Assembly (NCBI RefSeq): GCF_036327475.1
Contig: NZ_CP132913.1
Location: 578,450-642,449 of the forward strand
Length of the DNA: 64,000 nt
Reading direction: 5' to 3'
Source: Sodalis sp. (in: enterobacteria)
GTDB lineage: Bacteria; Pseudomonadota; Gammaproteobacteria; Enterobacterales; Enterobacteriaceae
Shown here: positions 22,100 to 33,772 of the stretch, one piece after another
Layout of the letters: the number at the start of each line of letters is the position of its first letter
Numbering within the stretch: the first letter of the stretch is position 1
Position numbers and translations under genes: made by a program
Notes under the pieces: model-generated
Told to the model about the DNA's origin: nothing
Seen by the model: the letters and a program-made list of their open reading frames with translations, nothing else
Databases searched by the model: none

Positions 22100-23056
22100 C
22101 TATTTATGATGGGTGCGCAGATACAGCAGGCACTGGCGCAGCGACCTATCCAACGGTGCTTCTATCCGCAGCGTTTTGCCGCTACCGGGATGATCAAAGC
22201 GCAGCGCGGCGGCGTGCAAAAACAGGCGATTCAGACCGCACCCTGTTAGTTGCTGATCGAACACGCCGTCGCCGTAGCGATCATCAAACGCAATGGGATG
22301 CCCAGCATGTTGGGCATGAACCCGAATCTGATGGGTGCGTCCGGTGATCGGGCTCGCCCTGACCAGGGTGGCCAGCGTAAACCGCTCTTCCACCTTGAAG
22401 CAGGTTTCCGACGGTTTTCCCTCGCTGTTTACCTGCACAATGGGCTCGCCGCTGGCGAGGATATTCTTCAGCAATGGCGCCGCGACCGTTTTAACGTGGG
22501 ACTGCCACTGACCGCATACAAGCGCCAGATAGTCCTTTTGTACCCCCTTGGTACGCAACTGCTCATGCAGCGCGCGCAGCGCCGAATGTTTCTTGGCCAC
22601 CAACAGTACGCCGGAGGTGTCTCGATCCAGGCGGTGAACCAATTCCAGAAAACGCGCATCGGGGCGCATGGCGCGCAGACCTTCAATAACGCCAAAACTC
22701 AGACCACTGCCGCCATGCACGGCCGTGCCGGCCGGTTTATTCAAGATCAGCAGATAATGATCTTCATAAAGTATGGCACCATTTAACGTGGCGACTTTAT
22801 CGAGCCCGGTGGAAACAGACGCCTGCTTGTCATCCGACTGTCGTACCGGTGGAATACGCACTTCATCATTACCTTGCAGTTTGTACTCTGGTTTTACTCT
22901 TTTTTTATTGACGCGTACTTCACCTTTACGCACGATGCGGTACATCATGCTTTTCGGCACCCCCTTGAGGTGCGTGCGCAAAAAATTATCTATCCGCTGA
23001 CCGGCTTCATCTGCGGTGATGGTGATAAAATGTACACTGGGATTATTCTCATTCAT
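22100..23056 (-). CDS. rluC: 23S rRNA pseudouridine synthase RluC
   Basis: MNENNPSVHFITITADEAGQRIDNFLRTHLKGVPKSMMYRIVRKGEVRVNKKRVKPEYKL... and HRLDRDTSGVLLVAKK are collinear with E. coli RluC. The start is taken at the ATG at 23056. Confidence 0.95.
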   Translation of the reverse strand: MNENNPSVHFITITADEAGQRIDNFLRTHLKGVPKSMMYRIVRKGEVRVNKKRVKPEYKLQGNDEVRIPPVRQSDDKQASVSTGLDKVATLNGAILYEDHYLLILNKPAGTAVHGGSGLSFGVIEGLRAMRPDARFLELVHRLDRDTSGVLLVAKKHSALRALHEQLRTKGVQKDYLALVCGQWQSHVKTVAAPLLKNILASGEPIVQVNSEGKPSETCFKVEERFTLATLVRASPITGRTHQIRVHAQHAGHPIAFDDRYGDGVFDQQLTGCGLNRLFLHAAALRFDHPGSGKTLRIEAPLDRSLRQCLLYLRTHHK

Positions 23057-23214
23057 GGGCCGAGATTCTAAATATACCGACACCATAGCGCCACTTCTTT
23101 TTGTGCCATCAATGGCTAAAGTCGTCTTGCTATATGCGTATCAGCAGTGGAATAATGCATTTACTCTCCACGCTTTCGCGTCTAGAACGAGTAATCGAGG
23201 AATTTGAATTTGTC

Positions 23215-23499
23215 TCGTTTAGCCTAAACGCGGCAATGGCGTAAGACGTAATGGCTAATTCGGGCAGTTAGCGGGCTTGCGGATTGCAGCTTGGTCGGCA
23301 AAAGGAATCCGTTCTGACAATAACTACCAGACGTTATTCCCCTATAACGTTTTTCGTTATAGGAAAAAGCTACCGACATAATGCGCCCTTTAGCGAGCGA
23401 CAACCATGAGGTTGATAGCTTGGCACCAAGTCACCGAGTCGTCGTTGATTACCAGACCATGCGGCTCTGATGGCAATGCATAAAAATGAGTAAGTTACG
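23215..23499 (+). promoter_or_regulatory. long rne 5' leader (candidate autoregulatory UTR)
   Basis: A ~400-bp non-coding gap separates rluC and rne. The block GCGGCAATGGCGTAAGACGTAATGG...GGGCAGTTAGCGGGCTTGCGGATTGCAGC (23230-23290) resembles the conserved hairpin region of the E. coli rne leader as I recall it. Confidence 0.45.
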
Positions 23500-26298
23500 A
23501 TGAGAAGAATGTTAATTAACGCAACTCAACAGGAAGAGTTGCGCGTTGCTCTGGTGGATGGCCAGCGGCTGTATGACCTGGATATTGAGAACCCCGGACA
23601 TGAGCAAAAAAAAGCCAATATCTACAAGGGTAAAATCACCCGTATTGAACCCAGCCTAGAAGCGGCGTTTGTGGATTATGGCGCTGAGCGCCACGGTTTC
23701 CTTCCCCTTAAAGAAATTTCCCGCGAGTATTTTCCTCCTCAATATTTTTCCTATGGCAGACCCAATATCAAGGATGTATTGCGAGAAGGTCAGGAAGTCA
23801 TCGTGCAGGTGGACAAAGAGGAACGGGGCAATAAAGGCGCAGCGCTGACCACCTTTATCAGCTTGGCTGGCAGCTATCTAGTGCTGATGCCGAACAATCC
23901 GCGCGCGGGCGGGATTTCGCGCCGTATCGAAGTCGACGACCGCACCGAGCTGAAAGAAGTTCTGTCTTCCCTTGAACTACCTGACGGTATGGGGCTTATC
24001 GTTCGCACCGCCGGTGTCGGCAAATCGACCGATGCGCTGCAATGGGATCTTGCCTTTCGCCTCAAACACTGGCAAGCGATAAAAAAGGCCGCCGAAGGGC
24101 GCCCGGCGCCATTTTTGATCCACCAGGAAAGTAATGTTATCGTTCGCGCTTTCCGCGATTATTTACGCCCCGATATCGGCGAAATCCTGATCGATAATCC
24201 TAAAGTGCTGAACCTGGCGAAGGAACATATCGCGTCGCTTGGCCGCCCAGATTTTACCAGTAAGATTAAACTCTACAGCGGTGAAATCCCTCTGTTCAGC
24301 CACTACCAGATCGAATCACAGATTGAATCTGCTTTTCAGCGTGAAGTGCGATTGCCCTCCGGCGGTTCCATTGTCATCGATACCACCGAGGCGCTTACCG
24401 CTATTGATATCAACTCCGCGCGTTCAACCCGCGGCGGCGACATTGAAGAAACCGCTTTCAATACCAACCTTGAAGCGGTCGATGAAATCGCCCGTCAACT
24501 GCGTCTGCGCGACCTGGGCGGTCTGATCGTTATCGACTTCATCGATATGACTCCGGTACGCCATCAGCGAGAAGTAGAAAATTGCTTGCGCGAGTCTGTA
24601 CGACAGGATCGTGCCCGTATTCAAATAGGTCGCATCTCTCGCTTCGGTCTGCTTGAGCTCTCCCGTCAGCGCCTGAGTCCGTCGCTGGGTGAATCGAGCC
24701 ATCACGTCTGCCCCCGCTGCGGTGGTACCGGCACTATCCGTGATAACGAATCTCTTTCCCTTTCCATACTACGGCTTATCGAAGAGGAAGCGCTGAAAGA
24801 GAATACCCACGAAGTTCATGCCATCGTGCCGGTTCCTATCGCCTCCTATTTGCTAAATGAGAAGCGCGAAGCCGTCAACGCTATCGAGAAACGTCAAGGC
24901 GGTGTACGAGCGATTATTGCTCCGAACGATCAAATGCAGACTCCGCATTATGCGGTGTTGCGAGTGCGTAAAGGCGAAGCGGTCCTGACACCGAGTTATC
25001 TGCTGCCACAATTGCACGAAGCGGAAATGATCCAGCCGTCGGAAGAGCCCGCCGCAGAACGCAAGCGGCCCGAGCAGCCGGCACTGGCGGCCTTTGTTAT
25101 GCCAGATCCACCACTGGTCAACGAGAAACTAGGCGCCGCTGAAACCGCGGTGCAGGTAGCACCTGCCACTGCAGTAGAGACCGCGGGCGCTTTCTGCGGC
25201 CTGTTTGGTCGCCTGGTCGACGGCTTCAAATCCCTCATCGGTACCCCGACGCAGCAGACGGCGCCAAACACCGCCGAAGCGGTTGTCGTTGAGGCGCTAC
25301 CTGAAACGGAAACGCCGCGCCGTCAGGATCGCCGCGGTCAACGCCGTCAACCGAGCGGCCGACGCGAGTGCAACAATGAGTCGACCCGCGCCTCTCAGGA
25401 AAGCCGTCAGCCTCGCGAGCGCCGCCAACGTCGCGCGCTGAACCGAAAAATCCGCGTCGGCGATCGAGCATCTCTCCCCGCTGTCGCGCCGACATCAGAC
25501 GTGGTGGAAAGCGCTACAGCCGCCTTTAATGCGGCGGTGGAAAGTCAAGCGGCGGTGGAAAGTCAAGATGACAATATCGACGGTTTGCAAAGTGACAATG
25601 ATATCGTGCTCGAGGCCGGTAATGTCGACGGCAGACGTAACGGCAACGAGGCTGACTTGTCGCGCCGTTCCCGCCGTTCACCCCGTCATCTGCGCGTTAG
25701 CGGTCAACGTCGTCGCCGCTACCGTGACGAGCGTTATCCGCTCTCATCGCCGGTACCGCTTACCGGCGCGGTAGTCTCGCCGGAAATGGCCTCGGGTAAA
25801 GTCTGGGTGAGCTATCCCGTCACTTCCATTGAGCAACCGGGACAGGACGCCGGAGCCGATGCCGTGGATACCGATGCTACCGTGAGTCAGGAACAGGCGG
25901 CGTTGGCCGTTACTCCAGCTGGCAAAGCAGCAGCCGCAACGATCAGGGAGGCACTGAGTAGTCAACATCCGCCGCCGTTAACGCTGGTACCGCCGATACC
26001 ATCGCTTGCACAGAAAGCTGCCGCTGATGACGTCCCGCCGGTGATCGCCCCAGACGAGCAGCGAGGGATCGAGTGGGCCGGACCGGCTGCCGGCAGCGCC
26101 GTGCCGCCAACGGCTGATGATGGCGACGATGTCTCGCAAGCAACGGCACAGCCTATTGCCTCACCAGACACCCACAACGCCACAGCCGCACCGCTGTCGC
26201 TTGAACAACGCGATGTGACTCAGTGCCGGCGTCATAGCCGGTCGCGCCCCATGACACCGAACATCCGATTAATTCGACGCAGGCGTTACGATGCCTGA
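23500..26298 (+). CDS. rne: ribonuclease E (catalytic half intact; C-terminal scaffold ends prematurely)
   Basis: [61 protein letters not shown]... is nearly identical to E. coli Rne through the catalytic domain. The arginine-rich segments ([26 protein letters not shown]) are conserved. The ORF stops at the TGA at 26296-26298, before the conserved extreme C-terminus. Confidence 0.9.
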   Translation: MRRMLINATQQEELRVALVDGQRLYDLDIENPGHEQKKANIYKGKITRIEPSLEAAFVDYGAERHGFLPLKEISREYFPPQYFSYGRPNIKDVLREGQEVIVQVDKEERGNKGAALTTFISLAGSYLVLMPNNPRAGGISRRIEVDDRTELKEVLSSLELPDGMGLIVRTAGVGKSTDALQWDLAFRLKHWQAIKKAAEGRPAPFLIHQESNVIVRAFRDYLRPDIGEILIDNPKVLNLAKEHIASLGRPDFTSKIKLYSGEIPLFSHYQIESQIESAFQREVRLPSGGSIVIDTTEALTAIDINSARSTRGGDIEETAFNTNLEAVDEIARQLRLRDLGGLIVIDFIDMTPVRHQREVENCLRESVRQDRARIQIGRISRFGLLELSRQRLSPSLGESSHHVCPRCGGTGTIRDNESLSLSILRLIEEEALKENTHEVHAIVPVPIASYLLNEKREAVNAIEKRQGGVRAIIAPNDQMQTPHYAVLRVRKGEAVLTPSYLLPQLHEAEMIQPSEEPAAERKRPEQPALAAFVMPDPPLVNEKLGAAETAVQVAPATAVETAGAFCGLFGRLVDGFKSLIGTPTQQTAPNTAEAVVVEALPETETPRRQDRRGQRRQPSGRRECNNESTRASQESRQPRERRQRRALNRKIRVGDRASLPAVAPTSDVVESATAAFNAAVESQAAVESQDDNIDGLQSDNDIVLEAGNVDGRRNGNEADLSRRSRRSPRHLRVSGQRRRRYRDERYPLSSPVPLTGAVVSPEMASGKVWVSYPVTSIEQPGQDAGADAVDTDATVSQEQAALAVTPAGKAAAATIREALSSQHPPPLTLVPPIPSLAQKAAADDVPPVIAPDEQRGIEWAGPAAGSAVPPTADDGDDVSQATAQPIASPDTHNATAAPLSLEQRDVTQCRRHSRSRPMTPNIRLIRRRRYDA

Positions 26299-26382
26299 GA
26301 CGAGCGATGCGTCACGCCCTGATGACGCGGCTAATACGGACGCTGCTGTCATCCGCTGCGCCTGAAGACGCTGCCCGTCATA

Positions 26383-26592
26383 TTGCTGCCGCCCATCGCC
26401 CGCCGCTGCACAGGAAGGACGTCCGTTGCCGGTATCGCCAGAGACACCCCTGCAGTGCGATTCAAGCATCATGCCAGCGCGCCAATGACCAAAGCGCCAG
26501 CGCCGGCCTATACGCCTTCGCCGCTGCCTGTCAGCAACCAGCAGCAATCAGACTATCGGTTCGATAGTCGTGGTACCGCCTTGATGCAATGA
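26383..26592 (+). pseudogene. rne: stranded 3' remnant of rne encoding the conserved C-terminal motif
   Basis: ..FKHHASAPMTKAPAPAYTPSPLPVSNQQQSDYRFDSRG.. matches the E. coli Rne C-terminus (..EHNHATAPMTRAPAPEYVPEAPRHSDWQRPTFAFEGKG..). It is in the same frame as the main ORF but separated from it by stops at 26296, 26320, 26323 and 26332. Confidence 0.65.
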
Positions 26593-26674
26593 CTGCACAT
26601 TACGTTTATTCTTATACCTCGCTGTGATGTTCAAGGCGCTAGGATTTTATCCTGCTTAACCTGGGCTAGACCCC

Positions 26675-27493
26675 ATGACCGCGCAGCCCGCAGTATTGAA
26701 AATTCGCCGTCCAGACGACTGGCATGTTCATTTTCATTTGCGCGACGATGATATGTTGCGCACGGTAACGCCAGCCGTTTTTCGGACTGGCGATCATCAT
26801 ACTCCATCTGACGCCGCCAATGACCGCCCAGGCGATGGCCTACCGCGAAGGTATTTGGCTGTGTTGCAGGCGGGTCGCCGCTTTACGCCATTGCTAATAC
26901 ATGGCTAAAATCGTTTTTTGAACATATCACTACTAAGAGGCCGCCGACTATGTGCTGGACTGGCAGATGGTGCTTATTTGGCTGCGCTGCCACTATTACC
27001 ACATACCATCTGATGCTTAACCGCCACCGTATACTGGTGGTGGGGAGGGGTACCTCCCATCTTTACTGCCTGTTGATCCTTAAGCTCAATGTGTATCAAT
27101 AAGCATTGCGTGCCGCGGTAATCAGCAGCGGCTTCGACCGCCTATTTCTTGGCAAAATACAGTGCCGCACGCCAGAGCGCGTAAAGAGAGAGTCGGATTG
27201 CGGCTATGCCAGAGTTTTCAACGCCCCGCTTCCCCACTGGCTTACACGCGACGGTGTTCGAGGAAATCGGCGCGTTAGCGCATTTTGAAGCGTTTTGTTT
27301 ATTAACAGCCTGCACTTCTAACAGCCCGCGCTTCTATGGTTTTCCACTTAACGAGGATTTTATTACGCTGCGCCGTGAGACCCATCACCAACCATCGACC
27401 GTCCCTCTGGCGGACGGCGATGGAGAGGCGCTAGTGCTTTTCCTCACCGATCAGACGCTAAGTTGGATAGTGGTTGACGAAAGCGGTCAATAA
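26675..27493 (+). pseudogene. pyrC: pyrC (dihydroorotase) pseudogene
   Basis: [31 protein letters not shown] matches PyrC [29 protein letters not shown]. Later blocks (FEHITTK.., ..TYHLMLNRHRILV..SHLYCLLILK.., ..SSGFDRLFLG.., ..FNAP.., ..HFEAFC..FYG.P.N..) lie in different frames with stops. About 100 codons are missing internally. Confidence 0.85.
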
Positions 27494-27622
27494 CCAGACG
27501 TCCGGCATATCTCGCCGATGAACGTCAAGCCATGGCCATCGAGGCAAAGCGGCTATAACGGTTGCGCCCTCTCGTAATATACTGTATAAACGAGCATGCG
27601 TTGATGCAGTGAGGACACATAA

Positions 27623-27789
27623 ATGCGAGTTAAAATTACCCTCGCCAAATCGGCATCGCTTCCTCAGTTTCAAGTGCGGTATGCTAGCCGAACGGCATAC
27701 CGTCCTGGGCGACAACACAGAAGGCCAGGCGCTCATTAGGCACTCTATGGGAAAGCGCCCGCCATTGGTTTGACCCGCACTCTCTATAA
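27623..27789 (+). pseudogene. dinI: dinI (DNA-damage-inducible protein I) pseudogene
   Basis: MRVKITLAKSASLPQ.. matches DinI MRIEVTIAKTSPLPA. There is an internal deletion to ..VRYA.., and the C-terminal WESARHWFD (DinI WESADDWF) is in another frame. Confidence 0.65.
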
Positions 27790-27964
27790 TAAGATTTTGT
27801 TGTACTGTCGCTTGTCGGGCTCGCTACCCGGCTTTTTTCTTTTCCTTTTCGCTCAAATACGCCCGCTTTCGCTGTAAAAATTTCCAATGCGGCCTATGAT
27901 AGTATCCAAGATAGCACCGCCGCTTTCTGGAGAACATCATGACGCTGAAAAACCAGAAGAAGCG

Positions 27965-28269
27965 ATGACCTTCTATGAGTTACTGCAATTGATAAGTGAA
28001 CAGCAGCGTAGGCTGGGCGTGCTGGAAGTCGCGTTTCCTATTTGTCCTGCAGCCTGGACGAGAATCAGCTACTGATCCATAATCTGATTCTGGAAGCTCA
28101 GAACCAAAACCGTAATGTATTGATGCGGAAGCACTTCGCACAATTAACGAAAGTGCTGGCCTGGCGCGTCATGCCGGTAACACCGCCCTCCCGAGCCACA
28201 GCGGAGTTAATAGCCGTCGCGCCGCGCTCACTAATCCTTTTCGACGTCTCTTATTACAAAAGTCTCTAA
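27965..28269 (+). pseudogene. unassigned frameshifted ORF pair (function unknown)
   Basis: MTFYELLQLISEQQRRLGVLEVAF.. (frame of ORF 27887-28075) continues plausibly as ..LSCSLDENQLLIHNLILEAQNQNRNVLMRKHFAQLTKVL.. (ORF 28042-28269) after a 1-nt shift. I recognise no family. Confidence 0.25.
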
Positions 28270-28637
28270 TTGCGAAAAAATTTAAAAAGACAGGTATACT
28301 AAAGCTACATGCGAACCAGGAGACGCCATAGTTGCTCAAATCACAACGAGTCAAAAAGGGTACATACGGATAGAAAAAACGAAACTATCCACACATACCC
28401 GCTGGTCGGCTAGAGTATTATTAGTATGGTAGATGCCTAACATGATGATTCGCCTACAGTGTGTCAATTCCTCTGCAACGGAACACCTGGATTACCGCAA
28501 ACATTAGCTCTATGTCACCCCGGATTTTATTTTCAGGTTTTATTTTAAATAGATGATCCTATTCTTGCTTATGTACTGTTATTACACTTATCTCACCTGG
28601 CACGACAGCCGGTGAAATACAATCAAGAGCTCAGGGT

Positions 28638-29100
28638 ATGGCCTACGATTTGATCGTCATCGGCAGCGGTCCGTGTGGCGGTCGCGGCTTTTACGCCATG
28701 CAAGCCGGGCTGAATGCACTCATGATCGATGCGACCTTTCCACCGCATTCAGGGCGGCAGCTATTACTGTGGGTTCCCGGTGTTGGGAAATTGGATAGGC
28801 ACGATGCATGCACTTATTATCTTTCTCCCGTTGGAGATTTTTCATCGACAGGCTACCCGAGCACGAGTTGGTAATATATCCGGCCTAAACAGCGGCCACG
28901 ACTTTAGTTTGCCAGCGTGCTGATGAAATGGCTGCAGCGTTCGCCGAAAGGCGCAATAGCAGTTTCGATTTATCGCTGTTTTTGCTGCGCTGCTTTGCCG
29001 CCTAGCCACTCCAGTGGCGTAGTCGCCATTTACCACTGCTTCACCTTTCACACGCAAACGACAGGATTTATTGAATATCTTCTACTATTTTCCCGCCCGG
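28638..29100 (+). pseudogene. solA: solA (N-methyl-L-tryptophan oxidase) pseudogene, truncated
   Basis: [37 protein letters not shown] matches SolA [38 protein letters not shown]. The ORF stops after 78 codons, and only ~0.45 kb of ~1.1 kb remains before the trhO 3' end. Confidence 0.7.
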
Positions 29101-29117
29101 CGTGGCGCGAACGCTGC

Positions 29118-30068
29118 TCAAAACAGCGGCAACGATCGCTCCTCCTTACAGGTCACGCTACAGCAGCCGTAATAGTTTTCGGCACAAGCCGGACACTGGA
29201 TAAACAGCAAATGGCAACAGTGATTGCGGCAATTAGTGTGGCTGTCGCATGGGGTGCCGCATTGGTGGCAATAGGCAATAATATCTGACGTAATACGCTC
29301 GCCCAAACGTTCGTCAAATACAAAATTCTTACCGGTAAATTTCAGCGGCAGCCCTTTTTCACGCGCACGGCGGGCGTATTCAATAATCCCGCCTTCGACG
29401 CAATACACATTTTTAAAGCCGTTATACAGCATCCAGGCGCTGGCTTTTTCGCAGCGGATACCGCCGGTGCAGTACATGATAATTTTTTTATCCTTGTCGT
29501 GCCGCAGCATATTCACCGCCATCGGCAGCTGTTCCCGGAAGGTATCGGATGGAATTTCAATGGCATTATCGAAATGCCCCACCTCATACTCATAGTGGTT
29601 TCGCATATCCACAAAGAGCACATCGGGATCATCCGCCATGGCGTTAACGTCTTCCGCTTGCAAATAACGCCCGACGTTCGCTGGGTTAAAAGAGGGATCC
29701 TCAATACCATCGGCTACGATGCGCGACCGCACTTTCATACGCAGCACCCAGAAAGATTTACCGTCGTCGTCCAAGGCTATGTTTAAGCGCAAACCATCAA
29801 GCTGCGGATGTGCAGCGGACAGCACTCTGCGCAGGGCGTTAAAACGGCTTTGCGGCACACTGATTTGCGCATTGATCCCTTCCGCAGCGATATACACGCG
29901 GCCGAATATCTGCAGCGCCGCGAACGCTCGGTAAAGATCATCACGAAAGCCTTGCGGGTCGCTCAGAGTAAAATAGCGGTAAAAAGAGACAGTGGTGCGT
30001 GGCTCGCTTTCGGTCAGCATGCGCGCCCGTAATTCCTGATTGGAGACCCGGTTATGTAGCACTGGCAT
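29118..30068 (-). CDS. trhO: TrhO (YceA) rhodanese-domain tRNA uridine(34) hydroxylase
   Basis: [33 protein letters not shown]... and [16 protein letters not shown] are collinear with E. coli YceA. The start is taken at the ATG at 30068. Confidence 0.9.
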   Translation of the reverse strand: MPVLHNRVSNQELRARMLTESEPRTTVSFYRYFTLSDPQGFRDDLYRAFAALQIFGRVYIAAEGINAQISVPQSRFNALRRVLSAAHPQLDGLRLNIALDDDGKSFWVLRMKVRSRIVADGIEDPSFNPANVGRYLQAEDVNAMADDPDVLFVDMRNHYEYEVGHFDNAIEIPSDTFREQLPMAVNMLRHDKDKKIIMYCTGGIRCEKASAWMLYNGFKNVYCVEGGIIEYARRAREKGLPLKFTGKNFVFDERLGERITSDIIAYCHQCGTPCDSHTNCRNHCCHLLFIQCPACAENYYGCCSVTCKEERSLPLF

Positions 30069-30209
30069 GGTGTACGTTCCTGTCGCTAGCAAGAAGATTG
30101 ACAACGGCCGCCGTAGCCGCATTTTACCTTATTCGCGCCAAAACGCCAGTGGCGACTTGACGATACCTCCATCAGATACCACCATTAGAGACGACTCGTG
30201 TCGGTTCAT

Positions 30210-31026
30210 GGAATCATCGACCATTTATCTTTGAAGGCCCTCCAAGGAGTCAACGGTTTAGCCCATTGCTCTGCGCAACCTGAAGTTGGAAAACCGTATT
30301 GTCATTGCGTGTGCCAATATTCTGCCGATGAAGGGGCAGCGACTTCGTGGCATACCGTGCATCTCGAACATTTGGCGCTTTCGGGCGCCGCGCCGTTAAT
30401 CCTTGAAGACACCGCGAGCAAATTCGATCGGACGTATCTCCCCGCAGTGGGAATCCAGCTGGTCCATGCCTGGCGTAAAGCGCCTACTCAACCGCCATGG
30501 GCCGGCAGACGATTGCTGCCGGCCCATGGCGGTTGGAAAACGGTCGGCGCTGAGTCTCGATGAGATAGCGGAGCTCATAGGCGATTCATCTCATCACCGC
30601 GGCCAGGCGCGCGCAGCGTATTGGTTTTAATCTCATTGAATGGAATCGCATGCCGCCACGGCTATCTGCTGCATCAGTTTTTATAGCCACTGACGAGTCA
30701 GCGCGAAGATTGCTACGGCGGTAGCCTGGAAAACCGCATGCGCCTAACGCTTGATGTGTTTCAGGCCTTAGTCAGGCGCTACCGTTAACCATGGCGGTAT
30801 GGGTGCGCATTTCCGTCGCCACAGCAACGCATCAGCGTTGGCCACGGCTCATGGTCGTTCGCCGTCGTTCGCCAAGAAAATCCGCCAGAAAACCGGTCTT
30901 ATGACCTTTGTGGGCGGCATGATCACCGAACCGGAGGAGGCAGAGACGATTATCGCCAACAGCGACGCGGATGCTACGTGTTGGCCCGCGGTGCGTTATA
31001 CGATCCGCGCTAACCATGGCATGTAG
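30210..31026 (+). pseudogene. NADH:flavin oxidoreductase (Old Yellow Enzyme family) pseudogene
   Basis: OYE-type blocks occur in several frames with stops. These include LKLENRIVIA..CQYSADEGAATSWHTVHLEHLALSGAAPLILEDTA, GIQLVHAWRKA, ..AATAICCISFYSH.. (frameshifted HAAHGYLLHQFLSP) and FVGGMITEPEEAETIIANSDADA. Confidence 0.75.
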
Positions 31027-31267
31027 CCACCAAACTTGGCGAGCAGATATAGGAGTCGAAGCAATATTGGCGCGATGAGCCTCAAGTGAAGGGGGCTATT
31101 CGCCTGACATGGTGTTTTTATCGTTTATTGAAAAGCGCGCGCCAATGGTCGATAATGCCCCTGGCGCGACGCATTTATTCCACCGCGGAAAAATGCCAGA
31201 ATATTGCAAGGTATTAACGGCACGAATGAAATACGGGTTATCCCGTAACGTTCACACTTGAGACGCT

Positions 31268-32191
31268 ATGACCACACTTCCTGTCTTTAATCGTTCATTG
31301 CTGCATCCGCGTTTTTGGCTTACCTGGCTGGGTATTGGTACGCTTTATCTTCTGGCGCTGCTACCTTATCCGCTGCTTTATATTTTGGGAACCCGTCTGG
31401 GGCGGTTCGCGATCCGCTTTATGCGCCACAGAGAGACCATTGCGCGTCGGAATTTACAATTATGTTTTCCCACGATGCCTGAACCGGAGCGTGAAGCGCT
31501 GCTGCGGCAGAATTTTGAGTCTGTCGGCATGGGGCTTATCGAAACCGGCATCGCCTGGTTTTGGCCTGATTGGCGCATTAAACGTTGGGTCACCGTCATT
31601 GGACTAGAGCATATCGCCAACGCGCGTAGCGAAAACAAAGGGGTACTGCTTATCGGTATGCATTTTCTTACCCTTGAGCTGGGCGCGCGAATTTTCGGTA
31701 TGTATAACCCCGGCATCGGCGTTTATCGCCCAAACGATAACCCGCTACTTGACTGGCTGCAGACCTGGGGACGGTTGCGGTGCAATAAATCCATGCTGGA
31801 CCGCTCCGATATCAAAGGCATGATCCGCGCGCTGAAAAACGGTGATATTATCTGGTACGCGCCGGACCACGATTATGGACCGAAAAGCAGCGTATTCGCG
31901 CCGCTGTTTGCCGTTCCCGAGGCCGCGACAACAACCGGCACTTATCTGTTGGCCAAAATGGCCAAGCCGGCGGTGATCCCCTTTATGCCACGCCGCCTGC
32001 CGCATGGGTGCGGTTACGAGCTGTTGATTTTGCCTGATGAACGCAACATGCCACTCGATAGCGATATCGCTGCCGCTAGCTATATGAATAAGGTGGTAGA
32101 GCAGGCAATTTTACGGGCCCCGGATCAATACATGTGGCTGCACCGCCGTTTCAAAACCCGCCCGCCAGGCCAGCCTTCGCTGTACTGCTGA
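31268..32191 (+). CDS. lpxL: lipid A biosynthesis lauroyl acyltransferase
   Basis: The 307-aa [24 protein letters not shown]...[30 protein letters not shown] is collinear with E. coli LpxL (HtrB). Confidence 0.95.
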   Translation: MTTLPVFNRSLLHPRFWLTWLGIGTLYLLALLPYPLLYILGTRLGRFAIRFMRHRETIARRNLQLCFPTMPEPEREALLRQNFESVGMGLIETGIAWFWPDWRIKRWVTVIGLEHIANARSENKGVLLIGMHFLTLELGARIFGMYNPGIGVYRPNDNPLLDWLQTWGRLRCNKSMLDRSDIKGMIRALKNGDIIWYAPDHDYGPKSSVFAPLFAVPEAATTTGTYLLAKMAKPAVIPFMPRRLPHGCGYELLILPDERNMPLDSDIAAASYMNKVVEQAILRAPDQYMWLHRRFKTRPPGQPSLYC

Positions 32192-32363
32192 TGCCTTGCG
32201 CGTCGGCATCCGGCGCAGTGATTGCAAAAAGGCCGCGCAAAACGACCGGTGAAATTGCCACAGCCCCTTTCAGCGCATACTGTGCCTCTGATTTAATCCC
32301 CCTGGCGAGAGCGTTTCTAGCCCTGTTGTGTGTCGACTGCCGCAAATACGTAAACAGGAGGTC

Positions 32364-33133
32364 ATGATGCCGGAACCATCTTTTATCAATTGAAACGCGA
32401 TCTTTTGTGACATGGATAGGCTGCTTTCTCACCGGTGCCGCCTTCAGTCTGGTTATGCCGTTCCTGTCGCTCTATGTTGAGCTGTTGGGGGTTCATCGCC
32501 AGAAAATCAAATCTTTGGTTCAATGCGGTTTCAGTATCACGTTTCCGCCAATCACATCGCCGATATGGGGCTGTCTTGCCGAAAAATCCGCGTTTGGTGC
32601 TGAGTTTGTTTGTGTCACCACGCTCATCATCAGGGCGCCCCACCGGCTCTATCGCGCCGATACTGACGCTGTATGTCCGTGAACTTATATCCGTGAACTG
32701 ATGAATCATTCGCGGAATATGGCATTCATCAGCGGCATAATTGCTGCTGTGCCAGGCATGTTGGCGATCAGGTTGTACCCGAGCACATTTTGATTAGCAT
32801 GATGGCATTGTCAGTGCGGCTGTTCCTCATGTCATTCTTGCAATCACCCATAGCAGTTGGGCGTACTGCGTTTTTTATTCGGTGCCGCCAACGGCGCGCT
32901 GTTGCCGGCGGTATAAACCCTGTTGATTTATAACTCCTCCAGCCAGGCTATAGGCCATATTTAGCTTAACAAATCATTTCGCGATTTTGGTAACGTCAGC
33001 GTCCTCTCTCGGTACCTTTATTTCGGGCAGCTACGGTTCCTGGTAGCGTTTTGTGACGGTGCTGGTGGTAATGGCCGACGTGGGGTGTGTGGTGGAACCT
33101 GCAGAGCAGCGCGGCGCGCATCAAACTGCCTAA
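32364..33133 (+). pseudogene. mdtG: mdtG (MFS efflux transporter) pseudogene
   Basis: AGGAGG precedes the ATG at 32364. ..[28 protein letters not shown] matches MdtG after two 1-nt deletions. A large internal deletion jumps to ..[25 protein letters not shown]... Further frameshifts follow. About 0.77 kb remains of ~1.2 kb. Confidence 0.85.
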
Positions 33134-33772
33134 TGATTGAAGAAAAGGGCGGCGTAACGCCGCCGCTAAAATCGACCGTCGTAGGGAGATTGAGGGTTGT
33201 CTGCTTGCTGAGGATCCCACCACAGAGCGCCCTGAAATCACGTTGTTTTATGGCTGAGGCGCATTTTGTCCAGGCCTTGGCGCAGATTTTCCACCTCGTT
33301 CTTCTCCTGTATGCAAACTTTCCTCGGATTATCGCTGAGCATTGAGGAGCAAAACAGTTCATCGCCAAGGCAAACCTTCACCATGACCGCTCGGGGCCGC
33401 CGTGGGCCACAGGAACTGGAGGTAGTGGCTCCCCAGCGGGAGCTTCCGTATCGCGCCATCGAAAGCGATGGTGTTGGTGTTCTGGTTTACTTCTTTACTT
33501 TAGCGATTTCCGGCCGCCCCGCGAAGACCTTTGCGAAACCTTTACACCTTGCCGTAATCTTCTTTGCAAAATCCCACCGCCGGAAATATTCACTGGATAA
33601 TCAGTCTGTTATCGGCCAACTTACCCACGGTCACGCCGTACAGGGCCGGTTTTGTTCTGCTATCGACTGTTTAGCGAGCGGTACTTGCAATTTGGCCAGA
33701 GTGACGACAATTACCCCTATGCCCGTAATTAGCGTAACGACCCAATCCTCTCATCAGCACAAGAGAGTATCT

